Origin: Candidatus Moraniibacteriota bacterium | GTDB taxonomy: Bacteria > Patescibacteriota > Minisyncoccia > Moranbacterales > UBA2206 | Length of the DNA stretch: 64,000 nucleotides | Assembly: GCA_049303795.1 (NCBI GenBank) | Contig: JBAQNM010000005.1 | Coordinates: 286,381 to 350,380, forward strand | Direction: 5' to 3' | Shown here: piece by piece, positions 20,329 through 31,000 of the stretch | How the letters are laid out: the number at the start of each line of letters is the position of its first letter | Position numbering within the stretch: position 1 is the stretch's first letter | Notes under the pieces: model-generated | Database searches by the model: none | Seen by the model: the letters and a program-made list of their open reading frames with translations, nothing else | What the model was told of the DNA's origin: nothing | Translations under genes and position numbers: made by a program

Positions 20329-22416
20329 CTATTTCTTCCCTCCTGCAATTTCTTCTGCAACATTCTTTGGAACTTCAGCATAATGACCAAACTCCATAGA
20401 ATAGTTGGCGCGACCTTGAGTCATTGAACGAAGTTGAGTGGCATAACCAAACATAGCTGATAATGGCACTTCAGCATCAATCACTTTCACGCGTGCATTA
20501 CCTTCTCCACGATCACCCATCTCTCTGATGATTCCTCGCTTGGAATTCAAATCTCCCACAACATCACCCATAAAATTTTCTGGCGTAATAGTTTGCACTT
20601 TCATAATCGGTTCAAGAAGCATTGGCTGTGCGCGACGTGATGCTTCCTTGAAAGCCATTGATCCGGCGATTTTAAATGCTGCTTCTGAAGAGTCAACTTC
20701 ATGGAAAGATCCATCATATACTGTCGCTTTGATATCCACCATTGGATACCCAGCCACAACTCCATTATCCATAGCTTCTTTAATTCCTTTTTCAATTGGG
20801 GTGATATATTCTTGTGGGATAATCCCTCCTTTGATTTCATTTGCAAATTCAAAGCCCTTACCTGGTTCTTGTGGTTCAACACGAACCCAGCAATGCCCAT
20901 ATTGTCCACGACCACCAGATTGCTTAATATATTTTCCTTCTGCTTCAGCCTTAACTCGAATAGTTTCACGATAAGCAACCTGCGGTTGACCAATATTAGC
21001 TTCGACTTTAAACTCTCTTTTCATGCGATCAACAAGGATGTCTAGATGTAATTCGCCCATACCTTCAATGATAGTTTGCCCGGTCTCTTCATCAGTATGC
21101 ACACGAAAAGTTGGATCCTCTTCCGATAACTTTCGAAGAGCCATGCCCATTTTTTCCTGGTCTGCTTTAGTTTTTGGCTCAATAGCAATCGAAATAACTG
21201 GTTCTGGAAATGTAATTGTCTCCAAAAGTACTGGACTATCAATATCACAAAGTGTATCTCCAGTAGTTGTATTTTTCATTCCCACAAGAGCACCAATTCC
21301 TCCAGCATAAATCTCTGGGACTTCTTCTCTATGATTTGCATGCATTTGAAGAATTCTTCCAATACGTTCCTTTTCATTTTTTGAAGTATTTAAAACATAG
21401 GATCCGGCTTTGAGCATTCCTGAATAAACCCGAAAAAAGGTCAATTGGCCTACGTAAGGATCTGTTGCAACTTTAAAAGCCAAGGCAGAAAAAGGTGCAT
21501 CGTCTTGTTGCTTAATTTCAAGTGACTTAGTTTCGTCATTAACATCAGTAGCTTTGATTGCAGGAACATCAACTGGGGATGGCAAATAATCAACAACGGC
21601 GTCAAGTATTAATTGCACACCTTTATTTCTTAAAGCTGTTCCTGTGAATACTGGAACAAGCTTAGTGGCAATTGTAGCACGACGGATTGCCGCCTTCAGC
21701 TCCTCTTGCGAAATCTCCTCACCATTTAAATATTTTTCTGTCAAGGCCTCATCTGTTTCAGAAACTTTTTCCACCATTTTTTCTCTCCATTCTTTAGCCT
21801 TATCTAAAAGGTCAGCTGGAATTTCACATTCATCAACATTAACACCCATTTCACCGGAAAAGGTATAGCCCTTCATCTTAATCAAATCAACCACTCCTGC
21901 AAAATCTCCACGCTCACCAATTGGTATTTGCAAAGCAACCGCATTTGGCGTTAGGCGATCCCAAATAGTTTTTAGCGCGTAATAAAAATCAGCACCTTCT
22001 TTATCAATTTTATTTATAAAGCAAACTCTTGGCACATTATATTTATCAGCTTGTCTCCAAACTGTTTCTGATTGTGGCTCCACACCTTCTTTTCCATCAA
22101 AAACAACTACACCTCCATCCAAAACACGCAAAGATCTTTCCACTTCAACAGTGAAATCCACATGTCCGGGAGTGTCAATGATATTAATCTGGCAATCTTT
22201 CCAAAAACAAGTAGTTGCAGCGCTAGTGATTGTGATACCACGTTCTTTCTCTTGCTCCATCCAGTCCATTGTGGCAGCGCCCTCATGCACCTCACCAATC
22301 TTATGAGTTATTCCAGTGTAAAACAAAACACGCTCTGTTGTCGTAGTTTTCCCTGCGTCAATGTGAGCGATAATTCCAATATTTCTATAATTTTCAATCG
22401 AATATTTTCGTGCCAT
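20329..22416 (-). CDS. fusA: Elongation factor G
   Basis: [10 protein letters not shown]-loop and five-domain EF-G architecture; 695 aa. Confidence 0.95.
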   Translation of the reverse strand: MARKYSIENYRNIGIIAHIDAGKTTTTERVLFYTGITHKIGEVHEGAATMDWMEQEKERGITITSAATTCFWKDCQINIIDTPGHVDFTVEVERSLRVLDGGVVVFDGKEGVEPQSETVWRQADKYNVPRVCFINKIDKEGADFYYALKTIWDRLTPNAVALQIPIGERGDFAGVVDLIKMKGYTFSGEMGVNVDECEIPADLLDKAKEWREKMVEKVSETDEALTEKYLNGEEISQEELKAAIRRATIATKLVPVFTGTALRNKGVQLILDAVVDYLPSPVDVPAIKATDVNDETKSLEIKQQDDAPFSALAFKVATDPYVGQLTFFRVYSGMLKAGSYVLNTSKNEKERIGRILQMHANHREEVPEIYAGGIGALVGMKNTTTGDTLCDIDSPVLLETITFPEPVISIAIEPKTKADQEKMGMALRKLSEEDPTFRVHTDEETGQTIIEGMGELHLDILVDRMKREFKVEANIGQPQVAYRETIRVKAEAEGKYIKQSGGRGQYGHCWVRVEPQEPGKGFEFANEIKGGIIPQEYITPIEKGIKEAMDNGVVAGYPMVDIKATVYDGSFHEVDSSEAAFKIAGSMAFKEASRRAQPMLLEPIMKVQTITPENFMGDVVGDLNSKRGIIREMGDRGEGNARVKVIDAEVPLSAMFGYATQLRSMTQGRANYSMEFGHYAEVPKNVAEEIAGGKK

Positions 22417-22453
22417 ATTTTTTTAATTTTTTGTATAATTTGTAAAATCTACC

Positions 22454-22921
22454 CTAAGCAAAATGAGCAAAAGCCTTGTTAGCATCAGCCATTCTGTGTA
22501 CATCATCTCTTTTTTTCATTGCACTACCAGCTTTATTTGAAGCTTCGATAAGTTCATCAGCTAATTTCTCAGCCATTTTCTTGCCTTTTTTAGAGCTAAC
22601 TGCTGCTTTTATCCAACGAATTGCCAAGGTTGTTCGTCTTTCACCTAGAACCGGCACTGGGACTTGATAGTTAGCACCTCCAACGCGACGCGACTTCAAT
22701 TCAACCAAAGGAGCGACATTTTTCAAAGCTTGTTCAAAAATGTTTAGTCCACCTTTTTTGGTTTTTTCATGAATAATATCAAATGATTCATACATGATTT
22801 TTTCAGCAATTGATCTCTTACCATCTTCCAAGATACTATTGATAAATTTACCTACTAGCAAATTATCATATCTAGCATCAGGTTTAACGTGTTTCTTGAA
22901 TATTCTTTTTCTTCTTGTCAT
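22454..22921 (-). CDS. rpsG: 30S ribosomal protein S7
   Basis: uS7 sequence in the canonical str-operon position. Confidence 0.9.
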   Translation of the reverse strand: MTRRKRIFKKHVKPDARYDNLLVGKFINSILEDGKRSIAEKIMYESFDIIHEKTKKGGLNIFEQALKNVAPLVELKSRRVGGANYQVPVPVLGERRTTLAIRWIKAAVSSKKGKKMAEKLADELIEASNKAGSAMKKRDDVHRMADANKAFAHFA

Positions 22922-22960
22922 ATTATTTACTCCAGGTTTTTAAAGCCTAGCTTTAGAATT

Positions 22961-23380
22961 TTATTGTTTAGCTTTTTCTACTTTTGCACCATACTTACTG
23001 CGACCTTGTTTTCTATTTGCAACTCCTGCACTATCCAAAACTCCACGGACAATATGATAACGCACACCAGGAAGATCTTTCACACGACCGCCACGAAGCA
23101 TCACAATTGAATGTTCTTGCAGGTTATGTCCAATTCCTGGAATATAAGCTGTTACTTCCATGCCGTTCGTCAGTCTAACTCTAGCAATTTTTCGCAAAGC
23201 TGAGTTCGGTTTCTTCGGAGTTGTCGTACTAACCTTCAAACAAACTCCTCTTTTGAATGAGCTGTTAGTCAGAACTGGCTTGTTTTTTAATGTATTAAAA
23301 ACATGCTTGAAAGCAGGTGTTTTTGATTTACTCTTAACTGTTTTTCGTGACTTTCTTTTTAATTGATTGATCGTTGGCAT
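22961..23380 (-). CDS. rpsL: 30S ribosomal protein S12
   Basis: [11 protein letters not shown]-terminus and the [10 protein letters not shown] region of uS12. Confidence 0.9.
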   Translation of the reverse strand: MPTINQLKRKSRKTVKSKSKTPAFKHVFNTLKNKPVLTNSSFKRGVCLKVSTTTPKKPNSALRKIARVRLTNGMEVTAYIPGIGHNLQEHSIVMLRGGRVKDLPGVRYHIVRGVLDSAGVANRKQGRSKYGAKVEKAKQ

Positions 23381-23466
23381 GGGAATTTATAAAATATTAA
23401 TAATTGCTAATAAAAAAACTGCTAGCTTTCCTAGCAAAATAAGCATAACTGAATGATGTAAATATG

Positions 23467-24156
23467 TCAAATCGCAATACGCAAAAAACCATTAAGAGCC
23501 TTGCCTAAGAATAACATCAGTGGACTAGAAAAAAATAAAATAAAGAAAAGCAAAACAACAAAGCCAAATTGTTCAAGAATTGCTTGTGTTTCAAGCTTAA
23601 TTGGTAGTATAGAAAATAGTAATTTAGAACCATCCAAAGGTGGAATAGGGATTAGGTTGAAAAAGGCCAAGAAAACATTGATGATAACGACGATTATCAA
23701 AAGTTCATAAAATATTGACCCCAACGATCCAGCTATTATAGCCGAAACTGCTGACCATTCATTGAAGTTATTAATGATATCTTTCTCTAGACTCAGAGGA
23801 AGCGATATCGACCTCGCAATTATTGCAGCAATAAAGGCCACAACTAAATTTGATGCCGGTCCAGCTAACGCGACCAAAGCTGGTCCCCATTTTTGATTTT
23901 TGAGATTATAGGGATTATATGGCACAGGCTTTGCCCAGCCAAAAGCAAACCCAAAAGAAGTATACATAAATAGAGGTGCCAGAAAAGAACCAACAAAATC
24001 CAAATGACTGAATGGGTTGGCAGTTAGTCTTCCTGCATATTTTGCCGTAGTATCTCCTAGCCATAAAGCTGCTACCCCATGAGCAACTTCGTGGATAATT
24101 ACGGAGTAAAGCAGTATAACAATATAAAAACCAATAAGCACTATTTCATTAGACAT
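23467..24156 (-). CDS. Site-2 protease family (peptidase M50-like) zinc metalloprotease
   Basis: HEVAHG (HExxH) within a TM helix and the downstream LDG motif ([11 protein letters not shown]); polytopic, 229 aa. Confidence 0.6.
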   Translation of the reverse strand: MSNEIVLIGFYIVILLYSVIIHEVAHGVAALWLGDTTAKYAGRLTANPFSHLDFVGSFLAPLFMYTSFGFAFGWAKPVPYNPYNLKNQKWGPALVALAGPASNLVVAFIAAIIARSISLPLSLEKDIINNFNEWSAVSAIIAGSLGSIFYELLIIVVIINVFLAFFNLIPIPPLDGSKLLFSILPIKLETQAILEQFGFVVLLFFILFFSSPLMLFLGKALNGFLRIAI

Positions 24157-24231
24157 ATAGCCTCCTTGCTAAAATTATATTCTTATGTTACCTTATATCT
24201 TGTAATAAATCAACTACTAACGTTTAATTTT

Positions 24232-24405
24232 ATGAGTCGAGTTTGTGAAGTTTGTGGCCGCGGTTCTCAATCTGGTAATTCCGTTAGTCACTCTCAAGTT
24301 AAGTCACGCAGAAAATTTCAAATCAATTTGCAAAGCAAAAAAATTGATGGAGCAAAAACTAAAGTTTGCACTAGATGCATTAAAACATCTAACAAAGAAA
24401 AATAA
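24232..24405 (+). CDS. rpmB: 50S ribosomal protein L28
   Basis: [34 protein letters not shown] matches the bL28 consensus. Start at ATG 24232; the track ORF 24079-24405 is an upstream in-frame extension. Confidence 0.8.
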   Translation: MSRVCEVCGRGSQSGNSVSHSQVKSRRKFQINLQSKKIDGAKTKVCTRCIKTSNKEK

Positions 24406-24417
24406 TTTTTTCTGGAA

Positions 24418-24452
24418 ATAAAAAAATCCTCTTAAGAGGATTTTTTTATTTT
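24418..24452. terminator. Bidirectional rho-independent terminator between rpmB (+) and ndk (-)
   Basis: A-run, then TCCTCTTAAGAGGA palindrome, then T-run (aaaaaaatcctcttaagaggattttttta). Confidence 0.55.
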
Positions 24453-24484
24453 TCCTTCCCGCCTTCGCAGGGATTGCACAATTT

Positions 24485-25096
24485 CTATTCTAAGATTCCA
24501 TCTAAATTAACATCGTAAAGAATTTCGTCTTGAATTAATCGATAATTCACTATTTCATTTTCAGAAAACCAAATTGGAATTTCTTTTTCTGCCTCTTCTG
24601 TGAGTCCGGAAGCGTGGATTAAATTTCGAATACTTCTTTGATCCAAATCCGCCATTTGATATGTGTCCAAAGTAAAATCTCCTCGAATTGTTCCCATGTC
24701 AGATGATAATGGTTCTGTTCCTCCTGTGATCTTTCGTACTAATGCCACTGCTTGATTTCCTTCCCAAATCATAGCAATTACTGGGCCAGAGCTCATATAT
24801 TTAGCATTGGCATTCATGATAGCAACTCCATTTTCTTTGAATGTTGCAAAGGGTGATTTCATTCCTTTTTTTTCATAAGAAGCTGCCGCCTTTCTTCCTA
24901 CCTCTTCAAGCCAAGCATCGCCCCCTACTTCATAATAATGCTTGATAGCCATTTCTTCAGTAGGAATTAGCATTTTCAATCCCATCAATTTCAAGCCCAC
25001 TCGTTCATATCTTTTGACAATTTCTCCGATCAAAGATCTTTGAATTCCATCTGGTTTTATAATAACTAACGTTCTTTCTTTTTTTGGATGATCCAT
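24485..25096 (-). CDS. ndk: Nucleoside diphosphate kinase (with internal insertion)
   Basis: ERTLVIIKPDG...NLIHASG...EIPIWF NDK motifs. Start placed at MDHPKKERTL to avoid overlap with recA. There is an insert of about 30 aa relative to the canonical 140-aa NDKs. Confidence 0.8.
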   Translation of the reverse strand: MDHPKKERTLVIIKPDGIQRSLIGEIVKRYERVGLKLMGLKMLIPTEEMAIKHYYEVGGDAWLEEVGRKAAASYEKKGMKSPFATFKENGVAIMNANAKYMSSGPVIAMIWEGNQAVALVRKITGGTEPLSSDMGTIRGDFTLDTYQMADLDQRSIRNLIHASGLTEEAEKEIPIWFSENEIVNYRLIQDEILYDVNLDGILE

Positions 25097-25124
25097 AGTT
25101 TTAAATAAAATAAAAATAGTTAAC

Positions 25125-26159
25125 TTATTCCTTACTTGCAATTAGCTCTAACTCTTCGACTTTTTTGTATATTTGCTTTGAAATTTCATTTTGCATTTTC
25201 TTATCACTTTTCAATAAAGTTTTAGCCTGTTCCCGACCAACTCCCAATTTAATCTCTCCAAAAGAATAAGAATTACCTTTTTTAGTGATTATTTCGTATT
25301 TCACCCCAGTATCAAGGATATCCCCAGCAGCTGAAATACCTTCGTTATACATAATATCAAATTCTGCTGTACGAAATGGCGGCGCAACTTTATTCTTCAC
25401 AATTTTAACCTTCGTCCTGTTTCCGACAATATCTTCACCCTTCTTGATCTGTGCCGACCTGCGAACTTCCACTCTAACAGAAGAATAAAATTTAAGCGCA
25501 TTTCCTCCGGTTGTTGTTTCAGGATTACCGAATACTACGCCAATTTTCATTCTAATTTGATTGATAAAAATCACCGTGCAATTAGAACGTGAAATTATAG
25601 CAGTTAATTTTCGTAAGGCTTGCGACATTAATCGTGCTTGCCTACCCATATGAGAGTCTCCCATATCACCTTCGATTTCCGCCTTCGGCACAAGTGCCGC
25701 TACACTATCCACTACAACTATATTAATTGCTCCGGAATTAACCAAAGCATCAACAACATCAAGTGCTTGCTCTCCATTGTCTGGCTGAGAAATTAACAGA
25801 TCATTTATATTAACACCAATTCTTTTGGCATATTCCGGATCGAGTGCATGCTCTGCGTCAATAAACGCTGCCACGCCACCCGCTTTTTGTGTATTGGCAA
25901 TAATGTGCAAAGTTAGAGTTGTTTTTCCTGAAGATTCCGGTCCATAAATTTCCACCACACGACCACGAGGAATTCCACCAATCCCAAGAGCGAGATCAAG
26001 AGAAATTGATCCGGTTGGGACCGATGCTACATCAACATGTTTAACATCACCTAGCTTCATAATCACACCATCCCCAAATTTTTCTTTTATCTCTGAAACA
26101 ACATTGTCCACCCCTTTGTTTTTTTCGTCCTTCTTGTCTCCTTTTCCATCTTCTTTCAT
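25125..26159 (-). CDS. recA: Recombinase RecA
   Basis: [10 protein letters not shown] Walker A and the RecA L1/L2 loop regions; 344 aa. Confidence 0.9.
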   Translation of the reverse strand: MKEDGKGDKKDEKNKGVDNVVSEIKEKFGDGVIMKLGDVKHVDVASVPTGSISLDLALGIGGIPRGRVVEIYGPESSGKTTLTLHIIANTQKAGGVAAFIDAEHALDPEYAKRIGVNINDLLISQPDNGEQALDVVDALVNSGAINIVVVDSVAALVPKAEIEGDMGDSHMGRQARLMSQALRKLTAIISRSNCTVIFINQIRMKIGVVFGNPETTTGGNALKFYSSVRVEVRRSAQIKKGEDIVGNRTKVKIVKNKVAPPFRTAEFDIMYNEGISAAGDILDTGVKYEIITKKGNSYSFGEIKLGVGREQAKTLLKSDKKMQNEISKQIYKKVEELELIASKE

Positions 26160-26210
26160 ATGTTTATTTTCCTGTTTAAATTAATTAAAATTAACACTTA
26201 AATCAGTATA

Positions 26211-27227
26211 CTAATTTTTTTCTTCTTTGGCAAAAACAACACCCTTAATTACTCCTTTTTCTGGTCCAAGCGCTCCAATATCTTTTCCGTTGAATTTGAT
26301 ATGCGTTGCATTAGCCTGTCCTGAACCAATTATAATTTTATCATGAGCTGTAAAGGTTTGCATCGCTCCAGCCAACATTTCCCCGCTATAAACAAGGTTT
26401 CCGTCAGCTTCGACACTAACCCAAACTGGACCGGGATCAACGCTAATTTCAATCTGAACAGCTTGAGCCTCAGAATCGCTTATCCCTGAGGAATTAGACA
26501 GATCAACTGCTTGACTATTCACCTCTTCAGCTTTTTCATCTTCATAGTTCACCTGAACTGTAATATTCTCTGCTGCTTCTTTCTGGAATTTATTTATTGC
26601 TTTGACATGAATAATATTAATTCCTTGCTGCACAGAAAGTTTCTCATGAAATCTTCCTTCATCATCAACTAATATTATTTGATCATTTACAACTACTCGC
26701 GCATCTTTATCTGTTTTCCCTTCTAGCACAACCTCCCTTTCAATTGTTTCTGAATTATTAATAGGCGAAAAAATAATTAAACGTGGAACATCAGTAAGAG
26801 AACCAACTTCGCGATAAAAATATAAAATAATTAGAAGAATTAGGATAGGGAAAAGCGATAAAGCAATCTTTTTGGGCGTGAAAATAAAAGTAGAAATATT
26901 AATTGTTTTTATTTTTGAGTCACTCTTGGAAATATTTTTACCTTTTTCCAAGTTCAGCTTAATGCCTTTTTCTTTTTCATACAATCTTATTAAAAATCCC
27001 TCGTCCACTAACAAAAAATCTCCGTAACTTTTTAAAAAGCCCCGAACATAAACATCGACTGGAAGATCTTGGTATCGACCATCTTCCAAGCACTCTAAAT
27101 ATTCCAGCTTAATTTTTGTCACACGAGAAACTTCATTTAGTGATATCCGTTTATCACTGCGAAGCTTTTTTAACCTCTCCCCCAGAGTCAAAGTGCTTAC
27201 CTTTTTTTTAGTAAATCCATTCACCAT
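26211..27227 (-). CDS. RodZ-like protein (N-terminal XRE HTH, single TM, C-terminal DUF4115-like domain)
   Basis: HTH region LTLGERLKKLRSDKRISLNEVSRVTKIKLEYLECLE, then a TM segment and an extracytoplasmic C-terminal domain. Confidence 0.45.
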   Translation of the reverse strand: MVNGFTKKKVSTLTLGERLKKLRSDKRISLNEVSRVTKIKLEYLECLEDGRYQDLPVDVYVRGFLKSYGDFLLVDEGFLIRLYEKEKGIKLNLEKGKNISKSDSKIKTINISTFIFTPKKIALSLFPILILLIILYFYREVGSLTDVPRLIIFSPINNSETIEREVVLEGKTDKDARVVVNDQIILVDDEGRFHEKLSVQQGINIIHVKAINKFQKEAAENITVQVNYEDEKAEEVNSQAVDLSNSSGISDSEAQAVQIEISVDPGPVWVSVEADGNLVYSGEMLAGAMQTFTAHDKIIIGSGQANATHIKFNGKDIGALGPEKGVIKGVVFAKEEKN

Positions 27228-27319
27228 AATTTAAAAACAAAATCAAAGATTATCTTAGTTTTTTATATTTATTTTTATTTTTTGTTTTTAAAATATCTTT
27301 CTAATTTATATTAAAAGAT

Positions 27320-29725
27320 CTACAAATCCCATTTGTCACGCTTCGCTTGATCAACCTCAGCATCATTATAGACCGTTTCTTCTTGTTCTGGCAACCCATA
27401 AATTTCACGCGGCTTTGCTCCATCAGCTGGGCCAACAACTCCCTTATCTTCCAATATATCCAAAAGTCTCGCTGCTCTAGCATAGCCAACTCGCAAACGC
27501 CTTTGCAAGAATGAAGCGGAAGCCTTTCTTGACTGCATGATTTCTTTTTTAGCCACTTCATATAACTCATCGCCTTGATCATCTCCAGAAAAGCTAGAGT
27601 TAACCACTTCTTGCATTCCAACGGAAACACTATTTGAAACCTCCTCTTTCATTTCATCTTCCGATTCATCCTCCTTAGGATTTTCAGTTTTAATAAATTT
27701 AACAATATCTTTAACTTCTTTTTCTGACACATAAACACCTTGGATTCTTTTTGGTTTCGGCGATTTAGTTGAAGAGTAAAGCAAATCGCCTTTACCTAAT
27801 AATTTTTCCGCTCCTGCCATATCCAAGATAGTACGAGAATCAATTTGAGTTGCCACTTGGAGAGCAATTCTTGTTGTAATATTCGCTTTAATCAAGCCTG
27901 TTATAACCTTAACTTCTGGGCGCTGAGTGGAAAGAATCAAATGAATTCCCACCGCACGAGCCATTTGTGCAATACGAACAATCACACCCTCAACTTCTTT
28001 GCCATGACTTCCCATTAAGTCTGCCAACTCGTCAATTATAATAACCACGTAGGGAAGTTTTTTTAGATCTTCCTCACTAATCTCCCCCGTTTCCGCATCG
28101 GTTAATTTTCTTTTCTCGCCATTTCTTAATTTATCATTATACGAAGAAATATCACGAACACCAATTTCTTGAAATAATCTATAGCGTTTATCCATTTCGC
28201 TAAGTGCCCACTTTAGAGCATTAACCACTTTAGCGTTGTCTACAATCACATCCGTTAGAAGATGAGGGATGCCATTATACAAAGAAAGTTCAACGCGCTT
28301 TGGATCAACCATTATAAATTTCAAGTCTTCTGGAGAATTTTGATAAAGCAATGAAGTAATAATTGAATTAACGCAAACAGATTTTCCAGTGTTAGTTGCT
28401 CCAGCTACTAATAGATGCGGCATTCTATCTAAACTATCAAAGATATAATTGCCACTCACATCTTCTCCAATCGCTATTGTTAGATTTGATTTTCTGGCTT
28501 TAAAGTCTACACTTTCTAATATATTTCGTAAACAAACCAAAGATGAGTCTCTGTTTGGAACCTCAATTCCTAAAAGCGATTTTCCTTGAATTGGAGCTTC
28601 AATTCTAATCGTATTGGCCAATGCCAGAGATAGATCGTTTTGCAAGGAAAGAATTTTGGCAATTTTTACACCAACTGCAGGACGAAAACTATATTGTGTA
28701 ACTGCTGGACCAGTTTTAATTTCCCCTCTTTCAACTTCAATTCCAAAATTACGTAAAGTTTTCTCGATAATTTCAGCGTTTTTCTCCACATCCCCACCTC
28801 TTGCTATGCCAGTATATCTATCCAAAATATCCAATGGTGGAAATTTCCATTGCACCCCTCTTCTTTTTCTATGAAGAGTAGTTTTTTTATTAGGTAATTC
28901 TTTTCTAGGAAAAATATCTTCCTCAAATTCTGCATCATCTTCAAGCGCTGGATCAACAAATTGATCACGCCCTTCCACAAATTTAATTTTTCCAATATTC
29001 TCTTCGGCCAAAGCGTCCTCTTTGCTATCACTAGCAGTCTCTTCATGCGTTATTTCTTGCTCTAATCCTAATGAATTTGCTTTATTTTCATTGTCCAATT
29101 GAGAAGTCTCATTATTATTAGCTTCTAAATCATTTTCTTTTTTTATAACTAAATTCTTAATTCGTCTAAAGAAGTGTGCAAAAGAAAATTCAAAAGCCAC
29201 AATAATTCCCACGAAAAATAAAGCTAAAATAACCACTAGACCACCAGCACTGCCCAAATACTTCGTCAATAGATAGGCTACGCCATATCCGAGATATCCT
29301 CCGCCACGGCCAAGTTTTGCCATTTTTTGCATGTTTGCTTCTTCAAAAAACCAGTGCATCAAACCAACTATACTAATAAAAGTAAAAACGAGCCCAATAA
29401 TTTTTGTTACATAAAAAAGTGTTTTTTTCTTGAAAAGCAAAACAATTCCAGAAGCAGCCAAAAAAAGTGGAAAAATTAACTTCGCCCAACCAATTGCCCT
29501 ACCAGACATATCATTCAGGAAATCTCCAACTGATCCAGCATAACCAAAAAAACCCAAAATAAAAAGAACTGCCAGTGCTAATAAAATTACACCGGCTGTA
29601 TTTCTTTTTGCATCGGCGGAAAGTGAAAAATCAAATTTAGATTCCACGCTATCCTGCTCATTTCCTTTTTTTGTCTTTTTTTCACGAGGCATATTTTCTT
29701 TTTGAATATCTTTTTTTCTTCCCAT
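27320..29725 (-). CDS. ftsK: DNA translocase FtsK/SpoIIIE
   Basis: N-terminal 4-TM region, linker, and motor domain with VAGATNTGKSV Walker A and a C-terminal gamma (winged-helix) domain. Confidence 0.85.
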   Translation of the reverse strand: MGRKKDIQKENMPREKKTKKGNEQDSVESKFDFSLSADAKRNTAGVILLALAVLFILGFFGYAGSVGDFLNDMSGRAIGWAKLIFPLFLAASGIVLLFKKKTLFYVTKIIGLVFTFISIVGLMHWFFEEANMQKMAKLGRGGGYLGYGVAYLLTKYLGSAGGLVVILALFFVGIIVAFEFSFAHFFRRIKNLVIKKENDLEANNNETSQLDNENKANSLGLEQEITHEETASDSKEDALAEENIGKIKFVEGRDQFVDPALEDDAEFEEDIFPRKELPNKKTTLHRKRRGVQWKFPPLDILDRYTGIARGGDVEKNAEIIEKTLRNFGIEVERGEIKTGPAVTQYSFRPAVGVKIAKILSLQNDLSLALANTIRIEAPIQGKSLLGIEVPNRDSSLVCLRNILESVDFKARKSNLTIAIGEDVSGNYIFDSLDRMPHLLVAGATNTGKSVCVNSIITSLLYQNSPEDLKFIMVDPKRVELSLYNGIPHLLTDVIVDNAKVVNALKWALSEMDKRYRLFQEIGVRDISSYNDKLRNGEKRKLTDAETGEISEEDLKKLPYVVIIIDELADLMGSHGKEVEGVIVRIAQMARAVGIHLILSTQRPEVKVITGLIKANITTRIALQVATQIDSRTILDMAGAEKLLGKGDLLYSSTKSPKPKRIQGVYVSEKEVKDIVKFIKTENPKEDESEDEMKEEVSNSVSVGMQEVVNSSFSGDDQGDELYEVAKKEIMQSRKASASFLQRRLRVGYARAARLLDILEDKGVVGPADGAKPREIYGLPEQEETVYNDAEVDQAKRDKWDL

Positions 29726-29791
29726 AGGATTATTTTACCACAGATTCGGAAAATACAAAAAACCCCATTACATTATTCCTGTATTATTTGA

Positions 29792-30355
29792 TTATTGGCA
29801 GCTGCCTTTAAACTCACAGCCAAAAGAATTACAAATTGCATTTTGCGGTCCATTGCAATCAGTCATGCCTTTGCACTCAAGAACAACATCCCAATTAGAT
29901 TCAGCCCCATTTTTTACAATCCATTCTGTATCAGTAACATTTGGTCCACAAGCAGCTATTACCGGCCAAGTGTAATCTTGTGCCGTGCAGACCTTATCTC
30001 CCCCATTACCAGAAAGAATCGTACCATTTTCATCCTCACACATAATTGCCATAGGACTGGTAGACGCCATCGAAGATTTAATGCTAGCTTTCTGAGCTTT
30101 TATTTTTGATTGCATGATTCCTGATAACATTGAACCGGATTCGTTAGGCAAACTATTTGCCCACTCATCTCCTTTTTTCAAATCAGAGATTTGTTTTTGC
30201 ATTTCAACCTTATCTTTTTCTATTTGATTATTTTTTTCTATAAGTAAATTAGCTTGTTTTTGAGCTTCGTTTTTAGCTTTTGCAAAATATATCGCCGCTC
30301 CAGCAAATAACACGATTAGAGAAATAATAACCACTGTTATTATTTTTTGATTCAT
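29792..30355 (-). CDS. Hypothetical N-terminally anchored protein with cysteine-rich C-terminal domain
   Basis: N-terminal TM, a coiled-coil segment, and a C-terminal domain of about 80 aa containing 10 Cys. Confidence 0.4.
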   Translation of the reverse strand: MNQKIITVVIISLIVLFAGAAIYFAKAKNEAQKQANLLIEKNNQIEKDKVEMQKQISDLKKGDEWANSLPNESGSMLSGIMQSKIKAQKASIKSSMASTSPMAIMCEDENGTILSGNGGDKVCTAQDYTWPVIAACGPNVTDTEWIVKNGAESNWDVVLECKGMTDCNGPQNAICNSFGCEFKGSCQ

Positions 30356-30478
30356 AATTATTTTATTAAGTTTATATTTGATTTTAAGACTGCCATTGAC
30401 GCATTATATTTTACTTCCATACTCTCCCTGGATTTTTGCATTTATTTTCAACAAAATTTTTTATATCCAGAATGATTA

Positions 30479-31000
30479 CTAATTCAAAACTATCTCCTTG
30501 CCATCTAGAACCAATGCTTTTAGCACAGCATTACCGAATTTATCAATCATTACTTTAGAATACATTTCTTTGCGATTTCTTTCAATTTCCCGACCCTTAC
30601 CTTCTGGCACAAAATAACTTTCAATTCCATATTCAACAGTCAAACTATTACTATGAATATCTTTAACAGTGCCCTTTATAAAAGTACCTTTTTTAGGTTT
30701 TTCTTTTTGAGTGTCCAATAGATATCCAATCTTTTCCGCATTAACACTCAAGGAAACATAGATCTCATCCCCCACCTTGAAATCAGAAACAGAAACAGAA
30801 AAACCATCTTCTTTAATTGTACTGATTTCATAACTCAAAATAACATAATCACCTCTAAACAAATCTCGCGGATCGACTGGAACGATCTTTAGCAAAACTT
30901 CATCTCCAGTTTTTAGAGTAAACTCCTTAAATCCAATAAAACCACCTATCAATATCAGCCAAAAAATACCTATTGCAATAAATGCTTTCTTTTTAATCAT
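30479..31000 (-). CDS. GDYXXLXY-domain protein
   Basis: N-terminal TM plus the motif GDYVILSYEIS matching the GDYXXLXY family signature; overlaps the upstream DUF2157-like gene by 4 nt. Confidence 0.5.
   Translation of the reverse strand: MIKKKAFIAIGIFWLILIGGFIGFKEFTLKTGDEVLLKIVPVDPRDLFRGDYVILSYEISTIKEDGFSVSVSDFKVGDEIYVSLSVNAEKIGYLLDTQKEKPKKGTFIKGTVKDIHSNSLTVEYGIESYFVPEGKGREIERNRKEMYSKVMIDKFGNAVLKALVLDGKEIVLN

Noticed and set aside
20528-22482. Multiple ORFs on both strands within fusA
   Set aside because: They overlap the conserved EF-G reading frame; EF-G is unambiguous.
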